A DNA stretch of 64,000 nucleotides from Oscillospiraceae bacterium (GTDB lineage: Bacteria > Bacteroidota > Bacteroidia > Bacteroidales > WCHB1-69). Below, piece after piece: positions 9,382-19,535 of the stretch. Position numbers and translations under genes: made by a program. The stretch covers positions 64,402-128,401 of the forward strand of contig CAVCMI010000003.1 of NCBI GenBank assembly GCA_963603365.1, given 5' to 3'. Each line of letters starts with the position of its first letter. Position 1 is the first letter of the stretch. The notes under the pieces were generated by a model. The model had not been told where the DNA came from, made no database searches, and worked only from the letters and a program-made list of their open reading frames with translations.

Positions 9382-10281
9382 TTATTGGTAATAGATGATT
9401 TGTCGTTTTCTTACTGATGTGATCCGGTTGTCCTGCGCAACGATTTCTTGCTGCCAGTTCAGATGGTTGTCGTAGCCGGCGAACAGCCGGGTCTCTTTTA
9501 CTTTGTGCATCTTGTTTTCATAGATGGTTTTGAGGAGTTTCCCTTCCTGGCTGTATGCATTGTAGGTGTATTCGATCATTTGGTTGCCGGATTTATAGAC
9601 GCATCTGTTCACCTCGTCGCCGTAATTGTCGTACTCGATCTTCACGGTCTTGAACACACTTCCGTTGGGTTCGTGTTCGGTGATTTTGCACACCTGCCCG
9701 TTTTCGTTGTACTTGTAGGTGGTGTGCAGGCTGTAGTCGCCGAGCGACTGGGTGCTTCCGGTAATGTTGCCGGCGCCGTCGGTGCTGTAAGCGAAGGCGA
9801 TGGCTATGCTGTCGCTGCTGCCTTTGAATACCTGCTCGCCGACCAAGAAGCGGTTTCTGTCGTACAGGTATTTCCCTCGCGCGGACAGAACGCCGGCGGA
9901 GTCATACTCTTCCCATTCCGTGGCCTTTGCATTGTCGTCATAGCGGCAAACGCGACGCAGAATGGTGTCTTGCGCGGACTTGAGTTTGATGTAGTCCAGC
10001 AGGAAACCGTCTGAAGTGTAGCGTTGCACCGAAGAGAGGCTGGCTGTCCTGCCGTGGAGCAGTTCATCGAGACGGCTGGTGTCTGAAAGGGGGATGGAAT
10101 CTCCTGTCAGATAGTAGGTGTCGGTTCTGATGAGTTTGACTGTCCCGAAGATGTGGTTGCGTTGCAGGTGGTTCTTTTGTATGTCAGGCGTGATGACAAT
10201 CGGCTGTGGTTTCTTGCGGCAGCCAATTGTCATAGTCATAGCCATTGCGCAAAGGATGAACAACAGTGTTCTGTTATGCAT
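9382..10281 (-). CDS. hypothetical lipoprotein with YD-like repeats
   Basis: Lipobox MTIGC. C-terminal half has repeats such as YKYNENGQVCKI, IEYDNYGDEVNR and YTYNAYSQEGKLLKT. Confidence 0.55.
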   Translation of the reverse strand: MHNRTLLFILCAMAMTMTIGCRKKPQPIVITPDIQKNHLQRNHIFGTVKLIRTDTYYLTGDSIPLSDTSRLDELLHGRTASLSSVQRYTSDGFLLDYIKLKSAQDTILRRVCRYDDNAKATEWEEYDSAGVLSARGKYLYDRNRFLVGEQVFKGSSDSIAIAFAYSTDGAGNITGSTQSLGDYSLHTTYKYNENGQVCKITEHEPNGSVFKTVKIEYDNYGDEVNRCVYKSGNQMIEYTYNAYSQEGKLLKTIYENKMHKVKETRLFAGYDNHLNWQQEIVAQDNRITSVRKRQIIYYQ

Positions 10282-10302
10282 TGTCCAGGAAGCGTGTTCC
10301 GG

Positions 10303-12300
10303 TTAGAATGATTCCTCTATCAGTTTGTCGTCCGCCAAATTAGGCAGCGTCACGTGAAGTTCAGGGTTGTTGGCCATAGCGCGTTTGATGGCGAACAGTG
10401 CGCCTTCGTTGCGGGCCCATGCGCGTCTGCTGATGCCGTTGTTGACATCCCAGAACAGCATGTCGCGCAGCCTGCGGTCGCTGTCTTCGCTGCCGTCGAG
10501 AACCATGCCGAAGCCGCCGTTGATGACTTCGCCCCAACCTACGCCGCCGCCGTTGTGGATAGACACCCACGTGGCGCCGCGGAAACCGTCGCCGATGACG
10601 TTCTGCACGGCCATGTCGGCACAGAAGCGCGACCCGTCATAGATGTTCGAGGTCTCACGGAACGGAGAGTCCGTGCCGGACACGTCGTGGTGGTCTCTGC
10701 CGATGACTACGGGCGCACTCAACTTGCCGCTTTTCACCGCTTCGTTGAATGCGGCTGCAATCTTGGTCCTGCCTTCTGCGTCGGCATACAGAATGCGTGC
10801 CTGCGAACCAACGACAAGGTGGTTGGCATTGGCGCCGCGGATCCAGGTGACGTTGTCTTTCATCTGCTGCGAGATTTCGGCTGGTGCGGTGGCGCTGATC
10901 TCGTTCAGCACGTCCATGGCAATGTGGTCGGTGAGGTGCAAGTCTTCGGGCTTGCCCGAGGTGCAGACCCAACGGAAAGGCCCGAAGCCGTAGTCGAAAC
11001 ACATCGGACCCATGATGTCTTGAACGTAAGAAGGGTATCTGAAGGTGCCGTCCTCGTTTGTGATGTCAGCCCCGGCGCGGGACGACTGAAGCAGGAAAGC
11101 ATTGCCGTAGTCGAAGAAGTACATGCCCTTGGAGGTAAGCCGGTTGATGGCGCTGACTTGACGGCGGAGCGATGCCTCAACGGCTTTCTTGAAGTCGTCC
11201 GGTTTTTCAGACATCATCACGTTGGCATCCTCAAACGAGATGCCGGCAGGATAGTAGCCGCCAGCCCAAGGGTTGTGCAGTGAGGTCTGGTCGCTGCCCA
11301 GGTCGACATGGATGTCATGGTCGGCACAATACTCCCAAAGGTCCACAACATTGCCCTGGTAGGCAAAGGAACGCGCGGCTTTCTGTGCAATGGCCTTGTT
11401 GACTTCGGCGAACAGTTCGTCAAGGTTGCCGTGCACTTCGTCCACCCATCCTTGGTCATAACGTTTCTGGGTCGCGGCCGGGTTGATTTCTGCGGTAATG
11501 GATACCACACCGGCGATGTTGCCGGCTTTGGGCTGGGCTCCTGACATGCCGCCGAGACCGGCCGTCACGAACAGTTTGCCGCCGATCTCACCGCCAATCT
11601 TGCGGGCTGCGTTCAGCACCGTGATGGTCGTGCCGTGCACGATGCCCTGCGGCCCGATGTACATGTATGAGCCGGCTGTCATCTGCCCGTACTGCGAAAC
11701 GCCTAACGCATTCATCCTCTCCCAGTCGTCTGGCTTGGAGTAGTTGGGGATGACCATGCCGTTGGTGACGACAACGCGCGGCGCGTCTTTGTGCGACGGG
11801 AACAGCCCGAGCGGATGCCCCGAATACATCACAAGCGTCTGCGTGTCGGTCATCTCTGACAAATATTTCATGACAAGGCGGTATTGTGCCCAGTTCTGGA
11901 ATACAGCCCCGTTGCCGCCGTAAGTGATCAGCTCGTGCGGATGCTGCGCCACGGCCGGGTCAAGGTTGTTCTGAATCATCAGCATGATGGCGGCAGCCTG
12001 CTTGCTGCGGGCCGGATAGTTCTCGATAGGACGCGCATACATCTCGTAGTCGGGACGGTAACGGTACATGTAAATGCGGCCGTAGTCGTGCAGCTCTTTC
12101 GCAAATTCCGGCGCAAGCAGGGCATGCAGCGACGGGTCAAAGTAACGGAGCGCGTTGCGCAAGGCCAATTGTTTCTCCTTTTTCGTCAGGATGTCCTTGC
12201 GCTTGGGAGCATGGCTGACGTTTGAATCATAAGGCTTTGCCTTCGGTAATGTATTGGGTATGCCTTGCTTGAGATCTTCTTGGAATTCTTGAAGTGTCAT
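10303..12300 (-). CDS. hutU: urocanate hydratase
   Basis: 665 aa. Characteristic urocanase blocks (YGGNGAVFQNW.., TAGLGGMSGAQPKA.., GSDQTSLHNP.., RDHHDVSGTDSP). Confidence 0.93.
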   Translation of the reverse strand: MTLQEFQEDLKQGIPNTLPKAKPYDSNVSHAPKRKDILTKKEKQLALRNALRYFDPSLHALLAPEFAKELHDYGRIYMYRYRPDYEMYARPIENYPARSKQAAAIMLMIQNNLDPAVAQHPHELITYGGNGAVFQNWAQYRLVMKYLSEMTDTQTLVMYSGHPLGLFPSHKDAPRVVVTNGMVIPNYSKPDDWERMNALGVSQYGQMTAGSYMYIGPQGIVHGTTITVLNAARKIGGEIGGKLFVTAGLGGMSGAQPKAGNIAGVVSITAEINPAATQKRYDQGWVDEVHGNLDELFAEVNKAIAQKAARSFAYQGNVVDLWEYCADHDIHVDLGSDQTSLHNPWAGGYYPAGISFEDANVMMSEKPDDFKKAVEASLRRQVSAINRLTSKGMYFFDYGNAFLLQSSRAGADITNEDGTFRYPSYVQDIMGPMCFDYGFGPFRWVCTSGKPEDLHLTDHIAMDVLNEISATAPAEISQQMKDNVTWIRGANANHLVVGSQARILYADAEGRTKIAAAFNEAVKSGKLSAPVVIGRDHHDVSGTDSPFRETSNIYDGSRFCADMAVQNVIGDGFRGATWVSIHNGGGVGWGEVINGGFGMVLDGSEDSDRRLRDMLFWDVNNGISRRAWARNEGALFAIKRAMANNPELHVTLPNLADDKLIEESF

Positions 12301-12329
12301 ATCTGTGTCTTATTTGATTTAACAGGGCG

Positions 12330-12337
12330 CAAAGATA
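12330..12337 (-). promoter_or_regulatory. Bacteroidota -7 box TAnnTTTG (TATCTTTG) for hutU
   Basis: The plus strand reads caaagata, about 30 nt upstream of the hutU ATG at 12300. Confidence 0.5.
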
Positions 12338-12368
12338 TAAAAAATGAGCAAAAGAGGAATTATTTTTA

Positions 12369-12376
12369 TATCTTTG
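12369..12376 (+). promoter_or_regulatory. -7 box TATCTTTG for the 12406 lipoprotein gene
   Basis: The motif lies 30 nt upstream of ATG 12406. This supports the shorter start over the track ORF start at 12265. Confidence 0.5.
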
Positions 12377-12405
12377 CCGCCTTATTGAGATTTATGATAC
12401 AAGTT

Positions 12406-12801
12406 ATGAAAAGATTAGGTTTCGCCTTCCTCGTCGCTGCGACGGCAGTCGCCCTGCACTCATGCAAGTCAGAAAACGTCTATTCTTCCCCGGAAAAAGT
12501 CTCACAGGCTTTCGTCACGGCATTCCTGACCGCCGACTTTGACAATATGTACAAATTAACGGTGAAGAACAATGCGGTGCTGATCACGAACTTGCAGAAG
12601 TTTATGAAGCAGCACCCCGACAAGCTGGAGCAGATGCACGGCGCAGAGGTAATGGTCGACGATCCGATAAAGTGTACCTTTGTGAATGACTCTTTGGCCG
12701 TGTGCGACTGCAGCTATACGCGCGGCGGCACAAAAAGCAAGATGGAGCTCCGCGTGAAGAAGAAAGAAGACAAGTGGCTGGTGGACATATCAGACGAATA
12801 A
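12406..12801 (+). CDS. hypothetical small lipoprotein
   Basis: MKRLGFAFLVAATAVALHSC lipobox. Start chosen at the internal ATG downstream of the promoter box. Confidence 0.55.
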   Translation: MKRLGFAFLVAATAVALHSCKSENVYSSPEKVSQAFVTAFLTADFDNMYKLTVKNNAVLITNLQKFMKQHPDKLEQMHGAEVMVDDPIKCTFVNDSLAVCDCSYTRGGTKSKMELRVKKKEDKWLVDISDE

Positions 12802-12849
12802 CGTTACTTACTTATTGTTTCATAATTAAAATCAACCTATTTTAAGACG

Positions 12850-14139
12850 ATGAATTTTGTTGAAGAACTGAGATGGCGAGGCATGCTGCATAACATTATG
12901 CCCGGGACAGAAGAGCTGCTGAACAAGGAAACATGCACGGCGTATCTGGGCATCGACCCTACGGCAGATTCCCTGCATATAGGTCATCTTGTCGGCATCA
13001 TGATGCTTTCGCACTTTCAGCGTTGCGGCCATCGCCCTATCGCTCTGCTCGGCGGGGCAACCGGCATGATCGGAGACCCCTCCGGAAAGTCGCAGGAACG
13101 CAATCTCCTTGACGAGGAGACACTCCGCCATAATCAGGAATGCATCAAGAAACAGCTTTCCAAATTCCTGACTTTCGACACGGACGGGCCTGACGGCGCA
13201 CTGCTGGTCAACAACTACGACTGGATGAGCAAGTTCTCGTTCCTCGATTTTATACGGGATGTCGGCAAACATATAACCGTCAATTATATGATGGCTAAGG
13301 ATTCAGTCAAGAAACGCTTCAGCGGCGAGGGCGACGGGATGTCGTTCACGGAGTTCTCCTATCAACTGGTACAGGGCTACGACTTCTATTTCCTCAACCA
13401 GAACTATAACTGCAAGCTGCAGATGGGCGGCTCCGACCAATGGGGCAACATCACGACGGGCGCGGAGCTTATACGCCGCAAGGCAAACGGCGAGGCCTAT
13501 GCGCTTACTTGTCCCCTGATCACAAAGGCAGACGGCGGCAAGTTCGGAAAGACGGAGAAAGGCAACATCTGGCTGGATTCCGAACGCACTTCACCGTATG
13601 CTTTCTACCAGTTCTGGCTCAATTGCTCTGACGAGGACAGCAAGCGCTATGTCCGCATTTTTACCCACTTTACCCGCGAAGAGATAGAAGCCCTTGAAAA
13701 AGAACAAGAATCCGCCCCTCATTTGCGTGTCTTGCAGAAAGCATTGGCAAAAGACCTTACCGTCCGCGTTCATTCCGAGAAGGATTACGAGGCAGCGGTC
13801 AATGCTTCCGAAATCCTGTTCGGGAAAGGCACGGCCGAAAGCCTGGCAGCCCTTTCTGAAAAGATGTTCCTCTCCGTCTTTGAGGGCGTCCCCCAATTCG
13901 AGGTGTCCGCATCGGCACTTGAGGACGGATGTGGCATCGTGGACTTTCTGGCAGAACATACCCGCATCTTCGCCTCCAAAGGAGAAGCACGCAGAATGTT
14001 GAAAGACAACGGCGTGTCAATCAACAAGAATAAGGTTGGTGATGATTATGCCGTCACTTCCGACTGCCTGCTCAACGGACGCTATGTGTTGGTGCAGAAA
14101 GGAAAGAAGAACTATTTTATCGTGAAGATCAACCAATAA
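12850..14139 (+). CDS. tyrS: tyrosine--tRNA ligase
   Basis: HIGH region ([14 protein letters not shown]), KFGKT (KMSKS equivalent), and C-terminal S4-like domain. 429 aa. Confidence 0.95.
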   Translation: MNFVEELRWRGMLHNIMPGTEELLNKETCTAYLGIDPTADSLHIGHLVGIMMLSHFQRCGHRPIALLGGATGMIGDPSGKSQERNLLDEETLRHNQECIKKQLSKFLTFDTDGPDGALLVNNYDWMSKFSFLDFIRDVGKHITVNYMMAKDSVKKRFSGEGDGMSFTEFSYQLVQGYDFYFLNQNYNCKLQMGGSDQWGNITTGAELIRRKANGEAYALTCPLITKADGGKFGKTEKGNIWLDSERTSPYAFYQFWLNCSDEDSKRYVRIFTHFTREEIEALEKEQESAPHLRVLQKALAKDLTVRVHSEKDYEAAVNASEILFGKGTAESLAALSEKMFLSVFEGVPQFEVSASALEDGCGIVDFLAEHTRIFASKGEARRMLKDNGVSINKNKVGDDYAVTSDCLLNGRYVLVQKGKKNYFIVKINQ

Positions 14140-14151
14140 GGAAAAAGTACG

Positions 14152-14613
14152 ATGGGCTGGGGAAGCATTATTCTTGTTATCATCATCGGCATCGTGCTGA
14201 TGATTCTCGACTTTCTGGTCATCCCGGGAACGGTTGTGGCAATACTCGGAGTGGCGGGGATGGTTTGCGGCGTGGCAATGTCTTTCGTCCTCTACGGCAT
14301 GACAGCCGGTTTCCTGACATTGCTGCTGACCGCTATCCTCACGGTGGGCAGTTTCGTGCTTATGATGCGGACGCGCACTTGGCGGAAACTGCAACTCAAC
14401 ACCCAGATTGACAGCAAGGTGAACGAGGTGGATGAAACTAAGATTAAGGTCGGCATGACCGGCCGCGCCATCTCACGGCTTGCCCCGATGGGCACCGGCC
14501 TGTTTGACGGCGAAACCGTGGAGGTGTCTTCACAGCAGGATTTCATCGATGTGAATGCCGAAATCGAGATCGTCCGCATAGATGGAGGGAAAATTTTCGT
14601 TAAACCTAAATAA
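14152..14613 (+). CDS. NfeD-family membrane protein
   Basis: 153 aa. N-terminal TM helices plus C-terminal OB-like soluble domain. Lies immediately upstream of floA, the classic NfeD-flotillin pairing. Confidence 0.75.
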   Translation: MGWGSIILVIIIGIVLMILDFLVIPGTVVAILGVAGMVCGVAMSFVLYGMTAGFLTLLLTAILTVGSFVLMMRTRTWRKLQLNTQIDSKVNEVDETKIKVGMTGRAISRLAPMGTGLFDGETVEVSSQQDFIDVNAEIEIVRIDGGKIFVKPK

Positions 14614-14619
14614 ATTATT

Positions 14620-15612
14620 ATGACACAGACTATTTTATTGATCGTAGGCATACTGGTACTCGTCATCGTGTTCTTCTGGATGGTGCCGTTGCGCCTGTGG
14701 TTCATTGCAATCCTCAATGGCGTGCACGTCTCATTGGTCCAACTTATCTTGATGCGCTGGCGTCGTGTACCGCCCGATATGATTGTCAATGCAATGATTA
14801 CGGCTACGAAAGCCGGCATACCCTTGAACCGCGACCAGCTTGAAGCGCATTTTCTGGCCGGCGGTCACGTAAAACCCGTGGTCAACGCCCTCATTTCTGC
14901 CGACAAGGCCAACATTTCCCTTGACTTCAAGGCGGCCACGGCCATTGACTTGGCGGGTCGTAATGTGCTTGAAGCCATTCAGACCTCGGTCAACCCGAAA
15001 GTCATTGACACGCCGCCCGTGGCAGCCGTGGCTAAAGACGGCATTCAGTTGATTGCCAAGGCAAGGGTTACGGTCCGCACAAATATCCGCCAATTGGTCG
15101 GAGGTGCCGGCGAGGAGACGATTATCGCCCGCGTGGGCGAAGGCATCGTTACGGCTATCGGGTCTGCCGAAACCCACAAGATGGTGCTCGAGAACCCCGA
15201 CTCTATCTCTAAACTGGTGCTCTCCAAAGGGCTCGACTCCGGCACGGCTTTCGAGATCCTCTCCATCGACATTGCAGATGTGGATGTAGGAAAGAATATC
15301 GGCGCCATTCTCCAAATGGATCAGGCCAACGCAGACAAGAACATTGCTCAGGCCAAGGCGGAGGAACGCCGCGCTATGGCTGTGGCACTTGAACAGGAGA
15401 TGAAAGCCAAAGCCCAAGAGGCACGTGCCAAGGTCATTCTCGCCGAAGCAGAAGTGCCGCTCGCGCTGGCAGACGCTTTCAGAAACGGCAACCTGGGCGT
15501 GATGGATTATTACAAACTTGAGAATATTAAGGCGGATACCCAAATGCGAGAAGGCATCAGCAAGGTGGGATCCGGATCCTCCACAACGAAGTCGTTGGGC
15601 AACAATAAGTAA
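14620..15612 (+). CDS. floA: flotillin-like protein FloA (SPFH domain, UPF0365)
   Basis: N-terminal TM helix followed by ..[28 protein letters not shown].. and a coiled-coil [25 protein letters not shown] region, typical of FloA/YqfA. Confidence 0.85.
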   Translation: MTQTILLIVGILVLVIVFFWMVPLRLWFIAILNGVHVSLVQLILMRWRRVPPDMIVNAMITATKAGIPLNRDQLEAHFLAGGHVKPVVNALISADKANISLDFKAATAIDLAGRNVLEAIQTSVNPKVIDTPPVAAVAKDGIQLIAKARVTVRTNIRQLVGGAGEETIIARVGEGIVTAIGSAETHKMVLENPDSISKLVLSKGLDSGTAFEILSIDIADVDVGKNIGAILQMDQANADKNIAQAKAEERRAMAVALEQEMKAKAQEARAKVILAEAEVPLALADAFRNGNLGVMDYYKLENIKADTQMREGISKVGSGSSTTKSLGNNK

Positions 15613-15643
15613 CTGCCTTTGAGGGATGCCTTGGACAGTCAAA

Positions 15644-15676
15644 GGGGCGGAGTTCTCTGATGTGGAACTCCGCCCC
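15644..15676. terminator. 12-bp stem hairpin between convergent floA and murB
   Basis: ggggcggagttc-(9 nt loop)-gaactccgcccc, flanked by aaa/tt. Confidence 0.6.
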
Positions 15677-15707
15677 TTCCGTATGTGAATGTCTGCCGTG
15701 GAATTGT

Positions 15708-16721
15708 TTAAGGAAGTATGTTCACCTCCGGTTGCAGCGTGATGCCGAACTTGCTGCTTACGTCAGCAATGATCTTTTCGTAAAGCCGGCAGATTTCCTG
15801 CGCTGTGGCATGCCCATAGTTCACAATCACCAGCGCCTGCAACGGATATACGCCCGCATCGCCTCTTCGGAAGCCTTTCCAACCCGCTTTTTCAATCAAT
15901 TGCCCGGCTGACAGTTTTGTCAAACCGTTGCCGGCAGGGTAGGCGACAAGGTCAGGAATGACGGCGCTGAGTTCTTCTGACTTTTCTGTCTGTACAGTCG
16001 GGTTCTTGAAGAAGCTGCCGGCGCACCCTACGGTCTGCAAGTCCGGCAGCTTGCTCTCTCTGATGTGACGGATACACTCGTGGATGCTGCGCAACGATGG
16101 TCTGGCGCGCCGTTTTTCGAGTTCCTGGGCAAGTGCCTTGTAGGTAATCGTGTAGCGCTCCTCTTTGGAAAGCCGGAACCAGACATGCGTGATGAGGCAT
16201 CTGCCTTGCAGTTGGCGCTTGAAGATAGAATCGCGGTATCCGAATTGGCACTCAATGTTGCTGAAAGAGAACGGCTTGCCAGTGCCGGTGTCCCATCCGT
16301 CCACTTGTATGATGCAGTCTTTGACCTCGATGCCGTAAGCTCCGATGTTCTGCACGGGCGCACTTCCCGCCAGACCGGGGATGCCCACAAGGTTTTCGAT
16401 CCCGTACAGACTATGGATAAGACAGTATTCTTGCAGTATGCTCCACTCTTCGCCGGCTGCCACGCGCAAGGTCTGCTGCCGGCTGTCATCTTCCATCAGC
16501 TCTATGCCTTTGAATGCAGGGTGGATGACAGTGCCAGGATAGTCATTGCGGAACAGTATATTGCTGCCGCCGCCGAGTATGAGGAATGGCGAAGAAAATA
16601 AGCCTTGATCCTGCATCTCTTTTGCTTCGTCTGCCGAGGTCATCCCGACGAAGCGGCTGCACGAGACGTCAAGATGAAAGGTGTTGTGGTTTTTAAGAGA
16701 ATAATTGTCGAAAATATGCAT
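15708..16721 (-). CDS. murB: UDP-N-acetylenolpyruvoylglucosamine reductase
   Basis: 337 aa. FAD-binding PCMH-type N-terminal domain (LILGGGSNILF) and MurB C-terminal domain. Confidence 0.9.
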   Translation of the reverse strand: MHIFDNYSLKNHNTFHLDVSCSRFVGMTSADEAKEMQDQGLFSSPFLILGGGSNILFRNDYPGTVIHPAFKGIELMEDDSRQQTLRVAAGEEWSILQEYCLIHSLYGIENLVGIPGLAGSAPVQNIGAYGIEVKDCIIQVDGWDTGTGKPFSFSNIECQFGYRDSIFKRQLQGRCLITHVWFRLSKEERYTITYKALAQELEKRRARPSLRSIHECIRHIRESKLPDLQTVGCAGSFFKNPTVQTEKSEELSAVIPDLVAYPAGNGLTKLSAGQLIEKAGWKGFRRGDAGVYPLQALVIVNYGHATAQEICRLYEKIIADVSSKFGITLQPEVNILP

Positions 16722-16732
16722 AGTGAAGAGGA

Positions 16733-17365
16733 TTACATGTTATTGTATAGGCTTTCGATTTCTGTGGTCAGCGATTCCTCGTCCGTGGGCTTGCCGGTGC
16801 GGCAGACATGCAGCATAAGAATGTCGCAGTTCCCGTTGTCATAGTCAGTCCAGCCGCAGAGCATATCTTCCGTTTCGGGGTTGGTTCTGAAAGTAGCCTC
16901 GACAATGCGGGTGAGCCGTTGAGCCGAGAACGAGGGGAATACAAAAAACGAACTTTCGCCGCCGATTCTGTGCCGGATGGCAATCTCGCCGGTAACGATG
17001 TTTGCGAGCGTATAGACGAATATGGAGGGGCGCGGATAGTAGTTGTCCGCGTTTTGTATGGTTGTCTGGTAACGGCGGTCGTCGTCCAGCGACGAAGCGC
17101 GGTTCATCAGCACGACAGCCCTTTTGTCGTTTACTTCGTGCGGAAGAGTCTCTTTGCCCAATAGCAGTTCGGCAGCAAGGAATCCTGCCTTGCAAAGGTT
17201 GTCCATCTTGAAAAATGCGGGGTATTGGATGCCGGCAGCGCGGTAGATTTCAGATGGCCAGTCTGCCGCCGTTCCGTTTCGGGATATGAGTGTAAGGTTG
17301 TCCAGATTAACCGTGTCGTTAGTGATGCGGCACCAGGAGCGGATGCCAAAGGAACAGTGGGTCAT
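16733..17365 (-). CDS. ketosynthase-like / chain-length-factor-like protein (short thiolase-fold protein, no His-His)
   Basis: Start placed at ATG 17365, 4 nt after the stop of the upstream ketosynthase; the longer track ORF would overlap that gene. Sequence MDNLCKAGFLAAELLLG..VVLMNRASSLDDD.. resembles the N-terminal half of a ketosynthase only. Confidence 0.6.
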   Translation of the reverse strand: MTHCSFGIRSWCRITNDTVNLDNLTLISRNGTAADWPSEIYRAAGIQYPAFFKMDNLCKAGFLAAELLLGKETLPHEVNDKRAVVLMNRASSLDDDRRYQTTIQNADNYYPRPSIFVYTLANIVTGEIAIRHRIGGESSFFVFPSFSAQRLTRIVEATFRTNPETEDMLCGWTDYDNGNCDILMLHVCRTGKPTDEESLTTEIESLYNNM

Positions 17366-17369
17366 AATG

Positions 17370-18527
17370 CTATGGATTGTTGACGGTGAAAAGCAGGGCG
17401 GCATTGCTCCCGCCGAAGCCAGAGATGAGTTTGATGAAGGAGTCGCCAGATGCCGGCGCGTTTTGCCTCGGGATGTTGAGCGGATGGACAGTGCCGGGCA
17501 CGTCGGTGCCGAGGCTCTTGAGCACACAGTGCTGCTGCAGGGCGGCGGCAGAGATGAGGACTTCCAGGATGCCGGCAGCCCCGAGGGTGTGCCCGAAATA
17601 TCCTTTCAGGCTGTTGACGGGCTTATGCTGCAAGGCGGCACGGTGCACAGCCACAGACTCCATGTCGTCGTTGTAACGTGTGGCGGTGCCGTGCGCGTTG
17701 AGGAAGGCGATTCTGTCCGTGTCGAAGCCTTGAAGACACTTGGTGACAGAACGAAGCAGCCCCTCTGCCGTCCGTGACGGGCCGGAGATGTGGTTGGCAT
17801 CGTTGTTGACGGCACCGTTCACGACCGAGAGCGCGCCCATGTGACTGCCAGGCGGTCTCGCGTCTGAGTTGCAGGACGTGTAGACGATGGCGGCGGCCGC
17901 CTCGCCTAAGTTAAGCCCGCAACGGTCAGCATCGAAAGGCTTGCACCGCTGCGGCGAGAGCGCCTTGAATGACTGGAAACCAGAGATGATGAATTGCGAG
18001 AGCATTTCCGCCCCGATGACGACGACATATTTGAAGCCGCTGAAAAGCAATGCGTTGCGCGCAGCCAATTGGGCAGCACATCCCGATATGCATGCATTGC
18101 TTACCGTGACGGGCTGGTTGGGGTTCCCAAAATATTCGGCAATAAGCTGCGCTGAACGCCAAAGATATACGCGCTCCGCCTCGTAGGGGTTGCTGCTCAG
18201 AAGGTCAACGTTTCCTTTGGTGGAGGATAGGACAAAAAGCACGTCTTGACGGCTGGCATCAATGCCCGATTGCCCGATGGCCTGCCGTGCAGCAAGAATG
18301 GCGATCTTTTCCACAGGCGTGTATTGCTTATGAAAACGCCCCCGATGCCCGGCAAAAGCGTCGTCAATGTCGTTCCGGTCGAACAAAGATGCGAAAAACG
18401 GTTCCGGAACGCCCATCTGGTGTTCGTAGTGGCGCAGGCTGCTCTTGCCCTGCAACACGGCGCGGAAATTCTCTTCTGTGGTCCATGCCAATGGCGTAAC
18501 GATGCCGTTTCCGATACTGTAAATCAT
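17370..18527 (-). CDS. beta-ketoacyl-ACP synthase family protein (KAS I/II-like)
   Basis: The Cys-His-His triad context is present: TVSNACISGCAA, LNAHGTATRYND, KGYFGHTLGAAG. 385 aa. Confidence 0.85.
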   Translation of the reverse strand: MIYSIGNGIVTPLAWTTEENFRAVLQGKSSLRHYEHQMGVPEPFFASLFDRNDIDDAFAGHRGRFHKQYTPVEKIAILAARQAIGQSGIDASRQDVLFVLSSTKGNVDLLSSNPYEAERVYLWRSAQLIAEYFGNPNQPVTVSNACISGCAAQLAARNALLFSGFKYVVVIGAEMLSQFIISGFQSFKALSPQRCKPFDADRCGLNLGEAAAAIVYTSCNSDARPPGSHMGALSVVNGAVNNDANHISGPSRTAEGLLRSVTKCLQGFDTDRIAFLNAHGTATRYNDDMESVAVHRAALQHKPVNSLKGYFGHTLGAAGILEVLISAAALQQHCVLKSLGTDVPGTVHPLNIPRQNAPASGDSFIKLISGFGGSNAALLFTVNNP

Positions 18528-18697
18528 GTTCTGATACTCGAGTTTTTTCCTTAGAGTTGACGTTCTGTGCTGATACCGTTTGAATGCTTGCCGTTGACAT
18601 GGTGTGGTTCTAAACAGAGCCCCGGAACGTTTATGGACGCTATGACGGACATATTCATCATGTTAAGGTTTGCGGCAGCTTTTATGTATTTGGGGCG

Positions 18698-18705
18698 CAA
18701 AGATA
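18698..18705 (-). promoter_or_regulatory. -7 box TATCTTTG upstream of the ketosynthase pair, implying a ~160-nt leader
   Basis: The plus strand reads caaagata. The in-frame upstream region hits a stop at 18663-18665 with no ATG, so the 18527 start stands and the leader is long. Confidence 0.45.
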
Positions 18706-18738
18706 ATTGTTTTTTTTTGTTTCCGTTTTTTTAAGACA

Positions 18739-19389
18739 TCAAATTGTCTTCTCCATGAACTCCGGAAAACTGTCGCAAATGGCAACAAAAGGGCATGTTT
18801 GACAATGCGGCCGGCGCGAAACGCAAACATACCTTCCATGCAGCAGCAGCCAATGGTGAGCCCGTGACAACTCTGTTTCAGGTATCAAGGCGGCAAGTTG
18901 CTTCTCTACATGTGCCGGCGTTGTCGCGTCCTTGACAAGCCCTAACCGGTGCGCGACCCTGAAAACGTGCGTGTCAACAGGCATGGCCGGCTTCCCGAAA
19001 GCAAAGGCAAGCACAACGTTGGCAGTCTTGCGTCCAACGCCCGGCAGACGGGTCAGCCCCTCCATCGTGTCCGGCACCTGACCTCCAAACTCTTCCATGA
19101 GCATCTTGCTCATCTTGAGCAGGTTCAAAGATTTGCTGTTTGGGTATGAGATGGATTTCACAAAGGAAAGAATCTCCGGGACAGTGGCTTTTGACATGGA
19201 TGCAGGGTCAGGATAGGCTACGAACAGAGCCGGCGTGGTCGCATTGACCCGCTTGTCAGTGCACTGGGCCGCCAGCATCGTGGCCACCAGCAACTGGAAC
19301 GCATTTTCATAGTGCAGTTCCGACTGCACATTTGGTGAATGAACACGGAAATGCTTGATGATGAAACCGATTTTTTCTTGTGAACTCAT
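18739..19389 (-). CDS. nth: endonuclease III
   Basis: HhH-GPD motif (LTRLPGVGRKTANVVL) and C-terminal 4Fe-4S Cys cluster (CVSRRPHCQTCPFVAIC). Confidence 0.92.
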   Translation of the reverse strand: MSSQEKIGFIIKHFRVHSPNVQSELHYENAFQLLVATMLAAQCTDKRVNATTPALFVAYPDPASMSKATVPEILSFVKSISYPNSKSLNLLKMSKMLMEEFGGQVPDTMEGLTRLPGVGRKTANVVLAFAFGKPAMPVDTHVFRVAHRLGLVKDATTPAHVEKQLAALIPETELSRAHHWLLLHGRYVCVSRRPHCQTCPFVAICDSFPEFMEKTI

Positions 19390-19413
19390 TGGATTAAAGG
19401 ACTATTGGACGCG

Positions 19414-19421
19414 CAAAAGTA
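19414..19421 (-). promoter_or_regulatory. -7 box TACTTTTG for nth
   Basis: The plus strand reads caaaagta, followed by an A8 run, 25 nt upstream of ATG 19389. Confidence 0.5.
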
Positions 19422-19535
19422 AAAAAAACAGCGCGGAGAATCCTACAGTCATTTTTATTGTTGCTTATTATGTTGAGGAACAGATAATTATGTAATAGAA
19501 ATGTGGTATTGCATCATCTGTTGTCAAATTTTGTC

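Noticed and set aside
12265-12405. N-terminal extensions offered by the ORF track. Cases: 12265 for the lipoprotein, 19503 for the 19668 gene, 23165 for the HhH-barrel gene, 27718 for dnaN, 27759 for pyrE, 35360 for tpiA, 50684 for the ferredoxin subunit, 17527 for the KS-like gene, and TTG 29767 for DUF2851.
   Set aside because: In each case a TAnnTTTG promoter box lies inside the extension, the extension overlaps the upstream gene, or both. The internal ATG also gives the canonical family N-terminus or a proper signal peptide.
18553-18663. A ~35-codon upstream ORF (MMNMSVIASINVPGLCLEPHHVNGKHSNGISTERQL) in the ketosynthase leader. I considered it as a leader peptide or a missed ACP.
   Set aside because: It is far too short and lacks the DSL phosphopantetheine motif of an ACP. 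Nothing indicates translation. I kept it only as context for the long-leader observation.
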